Shown here one piece after another: positions 1-9,905 of a stretch of 64,000 nt of DNA. Location of the stretch: the NCBI GenBank assembly GCA_965116925.1, contig OZ220744.1:4000001-4064000 (forward strand). Direction: 5' to 3'. The DNA is from Candidatus Poribacteria bacterium. GTDB lineage: Bacteria > Poribacteria > WGA-4E > PCPOR2b. Each line of letters opens with the position of its first letter. Position 1 is the stretch's first letter. Below the pieces are notes generated by a model. That model ran no database searches. It was not told where the DNA came from and saw only the letters and a list, made by a program, of their open reading frames with translations. Both the position numbers and the translations under genes were made by a program.

Positions 1-1078
1 TCGCCATGCCGGGGATGGGGCACACTTCGGAGAGTGGAATGCCGGGGTCTGTGCCGAGCCAGTATTCCGCCATCGGTGACTCCGGCAGTGCCATAGCGAA
101 GTGTTGACCGAAAGGCGTATTCCCGCCACCGTGCGGGATTGTTACGATTCCTGCTGCTTCAGCGATGGTATATATCTTGACCGCCTCGGAAAGCCCGCCA
201 CACCATTTCAGATCGGGTTGTGTTACGTCCACGCACCGGTGCTCGACGAGTTGCCGGAACGCATGTCGCCCGTGGTGGTCTTCGCCGGTAGCAATCGGCA
301 TCCAAGGCACCGATTTCTTTAACTCAATGTGCCCCTCAAGGTCTGTCGGAATCAAAGGTTCTTCCAGCCAACGCATCCGGAAGGGGCGCAGCCGTTCAGC
401 GATCTGCACGGCAAACTCGACATTGTATGACATGACCGCGTTGAGCATCAATTCCGCGTTGGAGTCAATTGTTTCTCTGGCTGCTGCGAGCTTCTCCTCA
501 ACCAGATTCAACCCCTCAATGCCCATAGCGTAATGTGCGGGGTTTGTAACTTTGAACGCCTTGAAACCGAGTTCCATGCTCCAGTCGAGATCATCGCCTG
601 TAGCATAGAGTTCGATTTTATCTCGGCATGGCCCGCCGAGCAAGCGATATACAGGCAACTTCAGTAATTTTCCCTTGAGGTCCCACAACGCTAAATCTAT
701 GCCGCTCTGCGCTACCGCAGCATGACCTGCCGCCCCGAGCCGTTGCATTGAACGCCACATCAGATCGTTGAGAAATTCGGTGGCAAGGCAATCCCGACCT
801 GCTAACAGTGGTGCAAAGACACGGTCAATCAAGACCGCCACGGAATCACCAAAACTGCACGATCCCAGTCCCCACGTTCCATCCTCAGCAGTAACCTGCA
901 CCCACACCTGCCCACCACCCATACCGGGCATTTGGCCCGGCAATCGGGAGAACTCTGGATATTTATTGATGGGCAAAGCACGCGGTGCACTTTTATTCCA
1001 CGTCGGGCGGCGTGACTTGGTTTTTGGGGGAGTCTGTGGAATATTTACGTCGACGGCGCGAATTTCTTTAATTTTCAT
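1..1078 (-). CDS. Mandelate racemase/muconate lactonizing enzyme family acid-sugar dehydratase (rhamnonate/lyxonate dehydratase-like); 3' end runs off the window
   Basis: Not in the ORF track (no stop in window). Manual translation from ATG 1078 with GGAGG RBS: MKIKEIRAVDV...SGIDLALWDLKGKLLKLPVYRLLGG...WLEEP...ATGEDHH...QPDLKWCGG...IPH, the enolase-superfamily signature. Confidence 0.85.
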   Translation of the reverse strand, partial: MKIKEIRAVDVNIPQTPPKTKSRRPTWNKSAPRALPINKYPEFSRLPGQMPGMGGGQVWVQVTAEDGTWGLGSCSFGDSVAVLIDRVFAPLLAGRDCLATEFLNDLMWRSMQRLGAAGHAAVAQSGIDLALWDLKGKLLKLPVYRLLGGPCRDKIELYATGDDLDWSMELGFKAFKVTNPAHYAMGIEGLNLVEEKLAAARETIDSNAELMLNAVMSYNVEFAVQIAERLRPFRMRWLEEPLIPTDLEGHIELKKSVPWMPIATGEDHHGRHAFRQLVEHRCVDVTQPDLKWCGGLSEAVKIYTIAEAAGIVTIPHGGGNTPFGQHFAMALPESPMAEYWLGTDPGIPLSEVCPIPGMA

Positions 1079-1126
1079 CAGGAACCTCCAAACAACGATC
1101 GTTGAACTTTACTCTCAGCGGTCACG

Positions 1127-2185
1127 TTAGGTGAGTTTGTCATTCTGCGTTGCGGGTCGGACAGGCTTGCCTGTCTGTGCCGATTCATGTAGAGCGACTA
1201 TCGTTGCGACATTGTTCCAACTGTCTGTCAGCGAGATGACTGGTTCGGCACCCTTCAGAATGCTTTCCACCATCGAATTGACCTCGCATTGATAGGCATT
1301 GATATTCTCATACGTCTTTGTATCGGTTGTATTACCCTCCATACTGTCGCTGAAGGTTGATGTCTCTTCAGCATCACCGCTTCGGGTAATCTGCACGCGG
1401 GCTGAAGCACCGATATGATTCGCCCACGGTATATCCGCATGGATTCTCCCTTCAGTACCGAGGAAATCTGCTTCGATGTGAGCGAATGACTGAAAGCTGC
1501 AAAAGAACTGAACAAGCGTACCGGTAGGAAATCGCATCTGTGCAGAGAAGCTCAGATCAACGCCGGTGTCGCCGCTGATCTGATAGGCACTGACCTCAAC
1601 CGGCTCCGCTTGTAGCACCGTCCGCGCAAAACTCACGCAATAGCTGCCCAAGTCCCACAGTGATCCGCCGCCCATATTTGTATCCAGTCGGATATCCCCC
1701 GGATTTTCAAGGGTGAAGGCGAAAACGCCTCGGATTAGACGGATGTCACCGATGCCCCTTTTAGCGACCAACTCGCGCAGATACTGGGTCTGCGGATGGA
1801 AGCGCATCATCGCGGCTTCTTGTATGATGACACCGTTTTTCTCAGCTGCCTGTGCCATTTGAGTCACGCCTTCGGTCGTGATGGCGATCGGTTTTTCGCA
1901 CAGGACATGCTTTCCTGCCTCTGTACACTTGATAGCCCATTCGGCGTGCAGATGGTTGGGCAAAGAGAGGTAAATCACATTGATTGCTGGATCAGCGATC
2001 AGCCCCTCATACGTGGCGTAGGCGCGGGGGATGTCCCACTGTTTGGCATAAGCCTGCGCCCTTTCTTTGCTGCGACTTGCTACTGCCAAGAGTTTGCTCC
2101 GTCCCGAAGCGCGGATGGCGGGGATTACTCGCTCATTGATTCGGGCGGTGCTTAATAATCCCCAATATGCCTTTTTCTCCGCCAT
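1127..2185 (-). CDS. Gfo/Idh/MocA family oxidoreductase
   Basis: WGLLSTARI, VASRS, HVLCEKP, GGGSLWDLGSY motifs; start MAEKK with AAGGAG RBS. Confidence 0.9.
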   Translation of the reverse strand: MAEKKAYWGLLSTARINERVIPAIRASGRSKLLAVASRSKERAQAYAKQWDIPRAYATYEGLIADPAINVIYLSLPNHLHAEWAIKCTEAGKHVLCEKPIAITTEGVTQMAQAAEKNGVIIQEAAMMRFHPQTQYLRELVAKRGIGDIRLIRGVFAFTLENPGDIRLDTNMGGGSLWDLGSYCVSFARTVLQAEPVEVSAYQISGDTGVDLSFSAQMRFPTGTLVQFFCSFQSFAHIEADFLGTEGRIHADIPWANHIGASARVQITRSGDAEETSTFSDSMEGNTTDTKTYENINAYQCEVNSMVESILKGAEPVISLTDSWNNVATIVALHESAQTGKPVRPATQNDKLT

Positions 2186-2263
2186 GACTCGCTCCTTGTT
2201 CATTTCCCCCCGATAAGATCGGGATTCAAAGCAACCCGTAATTTACTATTAAAGTAAATCGGC

Positions 2264-2983
2264 TTAGTCCTCGACCACATGCCGATTCATCGCTTGGATT
2301 TCTGGCGGCATTCGGTCGCGCACACTTCTCTTCATTAGATACCACCCCCCGGCTGCTGGATCCATCCACGCAGCGTGAAATCCGCTCGACACGCCCATGC
2401 GGTGTTTGTCCATAGTAATGTTAGCACCTCCACGATGCCAGATGGCTCCGTGAAAGATAACGATAGAACCTGCGGGCCCTTCGGCGGTTACTAGATGGTC
2501 GTAGTCAACTCCGGATCGCGGGGTTCGGCGGGAATGGTGGCTGAACGGCATCACCTGCGTGGCACCATTTTCAAGTGTAAAATCGGTCAACATCCAGATA
2601 CAGTTGATGAGAAAGCAGGCGTCCGGTATGGTCAAGCCGGATTGGGGAAACCAGCCGATCGGCACATCTGCATGGAGACCTTGCGCTTCTGCCCCTGGCT
2701 TGATCCACCGTGCACCGACCTCTGCCATCTGGAAGCCGGGACCCAGCATGTGCGCTGCCAACTCCAAGTAGACCGGGTGGGTGACGAGTGGGATGAACGT
2801 ATCTTGGTCGTCATAATTAAACACGCCACGTAGGTTCTGATTTGGCATGTCTTTATCCGGCTGCTGACGCATGATTTCTATCAAGCGGTTTGTCATGTGG
2901 GCTGCTTGATCGGTGGGAATCAGATTATGTATGATGACGAAGCCGTATTCCTCTAGTTCGACTTTCAATTTATCAATGTCCAT
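2264..2983 (-). CDS. Phytanoyl-CoA dioxygenase (PhyH) family Fe(II)/2OG oxygenase
   Basis: EEYGFVII, H-A-D, ENGATQVMPFSH, WHRGGAN; GGAGGAG RBS. Confidence 0.9.
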   Translation of the reverse strand: MDIDKLKVELEEYGFVIIHNLIPTDQAAHMTNRLIEIMRQQPDKDMPNQNLRGVFNYDDQDTFIPLVTHPVYLELAAHMLGPGFQMAEVGARWIKPGAEAQGLHADVPIGWFPQSGLTIPDACFLINCIWMLTDFTLENGATQVMPFSHHSRRTPRSGVDYDHLVTAEGPAGSIVIFHGAIWHRGGANITMDKHRMGVSSGFHAAWMDPAAGGWYLMKRSVRDRMPPEIQAMNRHVVED

Positions 2984-3230
2984 GCGTTTCTCCTCCCGGT
3001 TTGGGTTCGGCACCTGCGACCACTTTCATACAATGCCCTAGATGAGTGTATCATATCGCCACAATTGGGGTCAATTCTTTTCTATTGACGCCGCTCGTTC
3101 ATCTCAGTTAAAATGTTTCATGGATTTCATCTATTGTATTCCAAATAAGAAAGCAGCTTTTAGCAAAGTGTAATAACAGTGTGTAGACCGGGGAGATACC
3201 CCACCGACCTAAAAAAAGGAGAGCTCAACC

Positions 3231-4223
3231 ATGAGTCAATCGCAACAAGGGAAAGCAAAAATGCACGTGGGCGTTCAAGGTATAGGAACGTCAAAACCAG
3301 AATTGCAATTTCTCGTCCGACACGGTGTGACGCACATGGATGCATCTGTCGAAAACACAGAGGCTGAAACGCTAATTCGACACAAAGAAGAAGCCGCAGC
3401 CGAAGGTGTTAGCCTTGAGATGATTCATATCAATCTTCCAAGGAGTATCACCCTCGCTCAAGATCCACAGCGAGATCGAGACCTCGACACGGTATGTCAA
3501 GATATCGAAAATGCGGGCAAAGCCGGGCTCCGTGGCCTGAACTATAACTTCTGCATAGTTCAGCATCAACGGACGGAGAGCACACCCGGACGAGGTGGAG
3601 TGACATACAGCACCTTTGATATGTCAAAATTTGACAATGAAGCGTTGACCGAAGCGGGTCGAGTGAGTCGCGACGAAGCGTTTGAACGGGCAGCCTATTT
3701 TCTAGAACGCGTCATTCCGGTGGCAGAGGCAAACAATGTGCAGATGGCGTGTCACCTTAATGACCCACCGGCACCAGTTTTAAGGGGAGTTGAACGGTGG
3801 AATTATCCGGTCTTTGAGGGGCTGAAGCGTTTTGTTGAGTTAGTGGATAGTCCCTACCACGGATTCAACTTCTGCTGTGGGACCGCTTCGGAAGGGTTAG
3901 AAAATCCCGGCGAAGAACTGTACGAGATTGTGCGATATTTCGGAGAGAGAGGGAAGTTGTTCAACATCCATTTCCGTAACATCCGTGGTGGGCTGCACAA
4001 TTTTCAGGAGGTTTGGCCCGATGAAGGCGATGTGGATATGTATAAGGTCGCACAAGCACTTGCAGATGTAGGATATCCTTATATGCTGATGCCTGACCAT
4101 GCACCGCATCATCCGGATGATGTCTCGCCGCCGGGGGTTTCGGGACGGGTACGGCAGGCGTGGGCGTTTCAGTTCGGCTATATCATTGCGCTTCTCCAAG
4201 CGGTGAATGCTGCAACATCATAG
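3231..4223 (+). CDS. Mannonate dehydratase (UxuA)-like protein, tandem copy 1
   Basis: LNYNF, YFLERVIPVAE, CHLNDPP, FCCGT, NIHFRNIRG, MPDHAP. Confidence 0.85.
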   Translation: MSQSQQGKAKMHVGVQGIGTSKPELQFLVRHGVTHMDASVENTEAETLIRHKEEAAAEGVSLEMIHINLPRSITLAQDPQRDRDLDTVCQDIENAGKAGLRGLNYNFCIVQHQRTESTPGRGGVTYSTFDMSKFDNEALTEAGRVSRDEAFERAAYFLERVIPVAEANNVQMACHLNDPPAPVLRGVERWNYPVFEGLKRFVELVDSPYHGFNFCCGTASEGLENPGEELYEIVRYFGERGKLFNIHFRNIRGGLHNFQEVWPDEGDVDMYKVAQALADVGYPYMLMPDHAPHHPDDVSPPGVSGRVRQAWAFQFGYIIALLQAVNAATS

Positions 4224-4331
4224 ATAGCAATCGCAGGTATGCAGCTTTTTTCTTTTTAATCAGAGTTGGGGCGAAAGCGATTTCCATCCACGAATCACAC
4301 AAACTGACGCGAATTTAAGGAGAATTTAGCA

Positions 4332-5327
4332 ATGAATCAATCACAACAAGGGAAAGCAAAAATGCACGTGGGTGTTCAAGGTATAGGAACATCAAAACCA
4401 GAATTGCAATTTCTCGTCCGACACGGTGTGACACACATGGATGCCTCTGTCAAGAACACAGAGATCGAAACGCTGCTCCGGCACAAGGAGGAAGCTGCAG
4501 CCGAAGGCGTTAGTCTTGAGATGATTCATATCGGACTACCGGAGAGTATCACCCTCGCGCAAGACCCACAGCGTGACCGAGACCTTGATACGGTTTGTCA
4601 AGATATTGAAAATGCAGGCAAGGCCGGACTACGCGGGTTAAACTATAACTTCCATACAGTTCACTTCCCAATCTACCGGACAGAGAGAACACCTGGGCGC
4701 GGCGGAGCTACATATAGTTCCTTCGATATGTCCAAGTTTGATAATGAAACGTTGACCAAACTTGGACGGGTGAGCCGGGATGAAGCGTTTGAACGGATAG
4801 CTTATTTTTTGGAGCGGATAATTCCGGTGGCAGAGGCGAATAATGTACAGATGGCTTGTCATTTCAATGACCTGCCGGCACCGGTTTTGAAGGGTGTCGA
4901 ATTGTGGAATTACCCGGTCTTTGAAGGATTGAAGCGTTTTGTTGAGTTGGTAGATAGTCCTTACCATGGATTCAACTTCTGCTGTGGAACTGCTTCGGAA
5001 GGGTTAGAAAATCCCGGCGAAGAACTGTACGAAATCGTGCGGTATTTTGGGGCAAAGGGGAAGTTGTTTAACATCCATTTCCGTAACATCCGTGGTGGGC
5101 TGCACAATTTTCAGGAGGTTTGGCCCGATGAAGGCGATGTGGATATGTACAAGGTCGCGCAGGTCCTTGCAGATGTAGGATATCCTTACATGCTGATGCC
5201 TGACCATGCACCACATCATCCGGATGATGTCTCGCCGCCGGGGGTTTCGGGTCGGGTGCGGCAAGCGTGGGCGTTTCAGTTTGGCTATATCATTGCGCTC
5301 ATCCAAGCGGTGAATGCTGCAGCATAA
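4332..5327 (+). CDS. Mannonate dehydratase (UxuA)-like protein, tandem copy 2
   Basis: Close paralog of 3231..4223 with the same motifs. Confidence 0.85.
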   Translation: MNQSQQGKAKMHVGVQGIGTSKPELQFLVRHGVTHMDASVKNTEIETLLRHKEEAAAEGVSLEMIHIGLPESITLAQDPQRDRDLDTVCQDIENAGKAGLRGLNYNFHTVHFPIYRTERTPGRGGATYSSFDMSKFDNETLTKLGRVSRDEAFERIAYFLERIIPVAEANNVQMACHFNDLPAPVLKGVELWNYPVFEGLKRFVELVDSPYHGFNFCCGTASEGLENPGEELYEIVRYFGAKGKLFNIHFRNIRGGLHNFQEVWPDEGDVDMYKVAQVLADVGYPYMLMPDHAPHHPDDVSPPGVSGRVRQAWAFQFGYIIALIQAVNAAA

Positions 5328-5414
5328 CAGATGGAGGTCGCAATCGGGAGCTTCGGGATTCGGAGATCCCTCCTACAGGCGGACTAAATGCCCCTAGAGT
5401 TGGATTGATTTTCA

Positions 5415-5443
5415 TTGACGATCAATACCCATTCTGATACTAT
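5415..5443 (+). promoter_or_regulatory. Sigma70-type promoter of the cytochrome c gene
   Basis: TTGACG-17 bp-TACTAT, with an extended -10 TG. Confidence 0.55.
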
Positions 5444-5494
5444 TATGGCAGTTTTGGTCCATTGCAACTGACTATACACGAAAGGAGATTTTGG

Positions 5495-6262
5495 ATGTAC
5501 AGAATTGTTGTTTATGTCCTAGCATCACTTTTAACACTTTCATTGACAATCATAGCAAACGCAGAAATGTCTGAAAAAGCCCAGATGGGGCGGGAACTTT
5601 TCAGCGATCCCTCTTTTGGAGGAACGCTCGATCCCGCCAAAGCTAGTGGAATGTCTTGCTCAGACTGCCACGCAGATTTTGACGAAGCAATAAACCCTGA
5701 TGGTCGGATACGGGCGGGACACAGCATCGTCGGTGTACCGCACCGTGGCACGGCAAAAGGTGGCATGATTACAGCGGATATTTTCGAGCGGGCTGCCGGT
5801 GGTGGCGGCTTCTGCTACCAGCATTTTTTGCAGAAGATTCCTTCTAACAAAGTCGATCCAACCGCAATTCCAGAGGAACAGGCTGCAGCTTTGATGGCTT
5901 ATTTCGCGCATGTCTCTGGAGATAACAAAGGACCGCAGTTTCAGATCACAATGCTGGATAAAGACGCTGCGAGCGCAGCCGCCGATAAGATTGTGGCGAT
6001 GGAAGGCGACACACAGAGAGGCTGGAAATTGTATGGTCAGGCATGCAACGTCTGCCATCCAACGGCTAAAAAGTCGGGGATCGGTTCTCAACTTGTCAAA
6101 AGGAGACCACCGCGAGACTTAGAAAAACGGAAACATCAGATCGCTGCTTACGTCCGTAAGGGTGGTTTTATTATGCCCTTCTTTTCCGAGGATCGGTTGT
6201 CAGATCAGGACATCGCTGACATCGTTGCATTTATCGCTAAATTAGTCGAGGAAGGTAAATAG
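5495..6262 (+). CDS. Exported diheme c-type cytochrome (TsdA/SoxA-like layout)
   Basis: Signal peptide, CSDCH and CNVCH haem motifs, extra Cys in FCYQHF, C-terminal IMPFF...LSDQDIADIVAFI; AAGGAG RBS. Confidence 0.85.
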   Translation: MYRIVVYVLASLLTLSLTIIANAEMSEKAQMGRELFSDPSFGGTLDPAKASGMSCSDCHADFDEAINPDGRIRAGHSIVGVPHRGTAKGGMITADIFERAAGGGGFCYQHFLQKIPSNKVDPTAIPEEQAAALMAYFAHVSGDNKGPQFQITMLDKDAASAAADKIVAMEGDTQRGWKLYGQACNVCHPTAKKSGIGSQLVKRRPPRDLEKRKHQIAAYVRKGGFIMPFFSEDRLSDQDIADIVAFIAKLVEEGK

Positions 6263-6375
6263 GCGCGTACCTTCCCGTAACATGCGAGAGATTTGTTTGA
6301 TGGTGTGGGTGATAGAACGCTAGTTTTCTTTACGGCGGCTTTTGGGGGATTAGTGGCAGGTGGTTTGTTCTGAAT

Positions 6376-7140
6376 TTATGAAATCTTTGAGGATTTCATA
6401 AATTGCTGAAACAGGCTTTGAGCTTCGGTATCAATGTCATCTTCATCTGCCTCCTCAGCTGGTGAGACTGTTTGCGATGTAACCGCTTCTTGCGGGTGTG
6501 GACCGCTGGATTGGGTGGGTGCTGTTTGTGAACCGCTGCTTTCCCTCAGTCGGTTATTTTCGACTGACAACTGTTGGATCTGTTTTTCTTGCGATTCTAA
6601 TTGCGTCCCGTATTCGCGTAAGATTCTTTGTGTTGCCAGAAGTTCCCGTTGCAGGGTGTCAACATGATTTTCTAAGCTAGTAACTGCATCAACGAGCACC
6701 TGGGGAACCCGTGTCTTCTGCTCCTGTGAAAGCGTTGCGACCAGAGGTCGGGCACGGTTAATCGGAGGAGACACGCCAAGCGAATTGATCTCGTATAACC
6801 TTGATCTTAACCCTTTATGCTCAAAGCAAGAGATTTTTACGGTAATCTGTTGTCCAAGTTGTAACTGCGAAAGACGCTGACTAATGTTCCGAATCACCGA
6901 GTCGTTGTGTCCGGCGGTCCCCCTGCCGCTATGACAGTTCAATTGACGAAGGTAGTGTGTCATAACCTTTACCTCCGCAATTGTTCGCGTAATTGGATTC
7001 GTTGTTAGAACCTCATCTGTCTCTGAGTCCGGATGAACGATTGACATAGGAACCTCGCCGCTGTCCGCTTGCATTTCCATCGTCCATTCCGTATATGTTA
7101 CTTTCTTACAAGAAACGAGAAAGCGATATTGTGTAGCCAT
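6376..7140 (-). CDS. Hypothetical protein with a C-terminal coiled coil and an acidic low-complexity tail
   Basis: 254-aa ORF with an RBS-like GGAAAG; heptad pattern LENHVDTLQRELLATQ...QLSVENNRL. Confidence 0.6.
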   Translation of the reverse strand: MATQYRFLVSCKKVTYTEWTMEMQADSGEVPMSIVHPDSETDEVLTTNPITRTIAEVKVMTHYLRQLNCHSGRGTAGHNDSVIRNISQRLSQLQLGQQITVKISCFEHKGLRSRLYEINSLGVSPPINRARPLVATLSQEQKTRVPQVLVDAVTSLENHVDTLQRELLATQRILREYGTQLESQEKQIQQLSVENNRLRESSGSQTAPTQSSGPHPQEAVTSQTVSPAEEADEDDIDTEAQSLFQQFMKSSKIS

Positions 7141-7180
7141 CTTTCCCTTTCCAATCGCTGTTTTGATTTTGGAAAGAATT

Positions 7181-7294
7181 TATAGTGGATTTTAGAATTA
7201 ATGAAACACTCCAAACCGCATCTACCGGCCCCGATAAATCGGGATCGAAACGGAGGGGCGAAAGTGTCTATTTATTTTTAGAGAATTCACCATA
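7181..7294. mobile_element. MITE family E copy 1
   Basis: Imperfect inverted ends TATAGTGGATTTTAGAATTAA / TTTATTTTTAGAGAATTCACCATA; homologous to 17992..18237 and, inverted, 60603..60887. Confidence 0.7.
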
Positions 7295-7363
7295 GTTATC
7301 CCGGCAGAAACCGCGTAAAATTATATACTCCCACCCCGGGCACCAGCCAACCCCAGTAACAGC

Positions 7364-8203
7364 TCACTTTTGTTTTCCCACGCCTGATTGTGCATTGAGA
7401 CGCCAGTCATATTCCAAATATTGAAGTTGTATCCCTTCCTTTTTAAGAAATGCTGCATCTGTTTCCGGAAGATATTCTGCAATAAAATCAATGACGCTAT
7501 CGTGGGTGTCCTCAAAGTCTTCTGCGTACCACTCAAAAATCTGTGAGAGGTATAACACACCGTTTTCACGGTCTACACGCACCTTTTCTGGATTATTAAT
7601 AAACTTCGCTGTAGCACTGTCGAGCCGCTCTTCAAGCGTTTCTGGAACAAACACTCGATTCTCCAAAATTGGGCATCCTATCGACGCACAAACTAAGGCA
7701 AAATGGATGCGCGGATCGCCAAACTCATATCGAATGATGTCATGCTCAATGTTATCCAGGGTGTAGCTGCGCCCACCCACTTGGAACTTGATACGAGAAA
7801 AGAAACCACCGAATAGTTTGATTTTACGAACACTTGTTGTTGGGTAGTGGTCAAGGACACCCTTGATTGTCAACGCATTATAGGCGTTAATCCAAAAGGC
7901 GAGTCCGGTCTGAAAGGTCGCTTTATCGCTGGGCGCGTTCACGGCAAGCAGATCCAAATAGGATTCCAACGTCCCCGGATCTTTTTTGAGCGCGGCATAG
8001 TTGACTCGCCCTTGCGAATCGACATATTTTTGTAAAACTTGGTCAAACAGTTCATGGCTAAATTCACCATCAGTTGTAGTCGCCTGAATTTCTTTTTCGA
8101 CCTGCTCCCCGCTCTCAACCCGATGCGGATACAGCAACCACGTGCCTAAAACATATAAAACAGTAACCCCGCCAATTAACCAACGTGTCGTTGATCTCAT
8201 CAC
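7364..8203 (-). CDS. DUF547 domain exported protein
   Basis: G-x-VNY, LAFWINAYNA, TLDNIEH, DPRIHFALVCASIGCP, LSQIFEWY, YDWRLN; N-terminal TM/signal. Confidence 0.9.
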   Translation of the reverse strand: MMRSTTRWLIGGVTVLYVLGTWLLYPHRVESGEQVEKEIQATTTDGEFSHELFDQVLQKYVDSQGRVNYAALKKDPGTLESYLDLLAVNAPSDKATFQTGLAFWINAYNALTIKGVLDHYPTTSVRKIKLFGGFFSRIKFQVGGRSYTLDNIEHDIIRYEFGDPRIHFALVCASIGCPILENRVFVPETLEERLDSATAKFINNPEKVRVDRENGVLYLSQIFEWYAEDFEDTHDSVIDFIAEYLPETDAAFLKKEGIQLQYLEYDWRLNAQSGVGKQK

Positions 8204-8211
8204 ATTTCATC

Positions 8212-9303
8212 CTATGACGTGTACTTTTCTAGAACGGCTCGATTAATCTCAATTCCCAAGCCCGGTTCCTGCGGCACGGGAACATATCCCTCAATCGCCT
8301 GAATCGGCACTTTAGCGAGATCTGTACGTAGACCGTTTTCTGTCATATCAAACTCAAACAACGAAGGGATAGGGTTTAACGCCTGTGGCGCATCTGGAAT
8401 CGTTGCTTGCCAGTGTAACGTGGCGGCGAGACGGATGCTGCTGCCCCACATGTGTGGGAGCACACGGAGATGGTTGGCACTTGCCATTGCTGCAATCTTA
8501 CGGCATTCGGTGAATCCCCCCGCGATACTCACATCGGGTTGCACGATGTCATATCCACGTCTTTGGATCAGGTCTCGGAACGCCCAGCGTCCCTGTAAGC
8601 CTTCGCCGCCGGCGATTCGCATGTTGAGTGAGCGGCGAATCTCGACGTATCCCTCCACATCATCTGTCGTGATCGGTTCCTCATACCAGAAGAGATCATT
8701 CTCAGCGATTTTTTTGCCAACATCAATTGCTGTCCCAACATCATAACCGCAATTCGCATCGACTGCAAGGATAATCGTATCTCCAATCGCTTTCCGCACA
8801 GCGGCTACATTTTTAACATCGTAGGCTTCCCCAAATCCGATTTTCATTTTCATGGCGGAGAATCCTTGATCGACGTAACTTTTCGCCTCGTCCATCAAGG
8901 CTTGGGTGATGTCGGGCACATCTTTTTTGAAAAGTCCGGTGGCATAAGCAGGAATCTGATTCCTGAACGCTCCACCGAGAAGGCGATAAATAGGCTGATC
9001 CAACGCTTTTCCTACAATGTCCCATAGTGCGATGTCCACGCCACTTATAGCGGCGGCATTACTCCTGCCCTGGTACAATGTATCCCAGATGACCTCTATA
9101 TCAAACGGATCCTTTCCAATCAAGCAGGTGTCAATCGCCGCTTGCGATGGCGTGCTTGTACCTTCGCCCCAGCCTGTAATGCCAGCATCGGTGCGAATCT
9201 CCACGATACCCGCACTCCTCGTCTTTGACCATGATCGTGCGTTTGCAAACGGTTCGATTAATGGATAACTGAGATTGTAGGTTTTGACTTCGGTGATTTT
9301 CAT
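8212..9303 (-). CDS. Mandelate racemase/MLE family enzyme (galactarolactone cycloisomerase-like)
   Basis: SGVDIALWD, KMKIG, VDAN, WYEEP, GGE, VQPD, PHMW, PGLGIE. Confidence 0.88.
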   Translation of the reverse strand: MKITEVKTYNLSYPLIEPFANARSWSKTRSAGIVEIRTDAGITGWGEGTSTPSQAAIDTCLIGKDPFDIEVIWDTLYQGRSNAAAISGVDIALWDIVGKALDQPIYRLLGGAFRNQIPAYATGLFKKDVPDITQALMDEAKSYVDQGFSAMKMKIGFGEAYDVKNVAAVRKAIGDTIILAVDANCGYDVGTAIDVGKKIAENDLFWYEEPITTDDVEGYVEIRRSLNMRIAGGEGLQGRWAFRDLIQRRGYDIVQPDVSIAGGFTECRKIAAMASANHLRVLPHMWGSSIRLAATLHWQATIPDAPQALNPIPSLFEFDMTENGLRTDLAKVPIQAIEGYVPVPQEPGLGIEINRAVLEKYTS

Positions 9304-9366
9304 GCTTGCCTTGATATATGATGGGTAGAAGTTCAGAGCAAATCCAAATGTACTGAGATTGCTTTA

Positions 9367-9773
9367 TCTTAAGTTGCTAGTTGCGTTACGATACCACATA
9401 CATGTCGCCCCGCTGGGGCTATGAGGCGGGCAAGATGCCCGACCTACGGAGGGGGGACATTGTTGGGTTTCACGGTTCCCGTTCAACCCAACCTACGCAC
9501 TGATCGATTTTTAATAACTAGGGCGTGTTGACATTTTGATGCTCCTCATTCGGCAAACGCTGTAATCATCAGGCAAGCTGCTATAAGTAGCGCGAACTGT
9601 TAGTTTGCAGGCTAAGATCACAATCTAACAGATCGTGGTACAAAAGTCCGAAATCGTCTCTGATGTGTGAACAACGGGTTGGGAGACCCAACCCCTACGC
9701 AGGATTATGCGTTTGTGCTCCCTCTTGATGGTCTGGTTGCAATGAAATGTCAACAGAACCTAGCAACTTGCGT
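9367..9773. mobile_element. MITE family B copy 1, carrying REP cargo and a nested family A element
   Basis: Left ...TAAGTTGCTAG, right CTAGCAACTTGCGT followed by TATCTTA; TATCTTA also lies at the (partly deleted) left end. Confidence 0.65.
9518..9763. mobile_element. MITE family A copy 1 (CTAG-flanked)
   Basis: CTAG-GGCGTGTTGACATTT ... AAATGTCAACAGAAC-CTAG; first ~130 bp homologous to the copies at 24962 and 28709. Confidence 0.8.
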
Positions 9774-9905
9774 TATCTTAAAGGAAGTGTGGATCGAGGC
9801 ATTATAACATAAGTGTGCACCGAAAGCACTACTAAATGTGGTCTGAATAGGGCGTGCTAGGTGAAAAATGCACGCCCCATTGCTCATTGCAAGCGTAGCA
9901 GTGAT

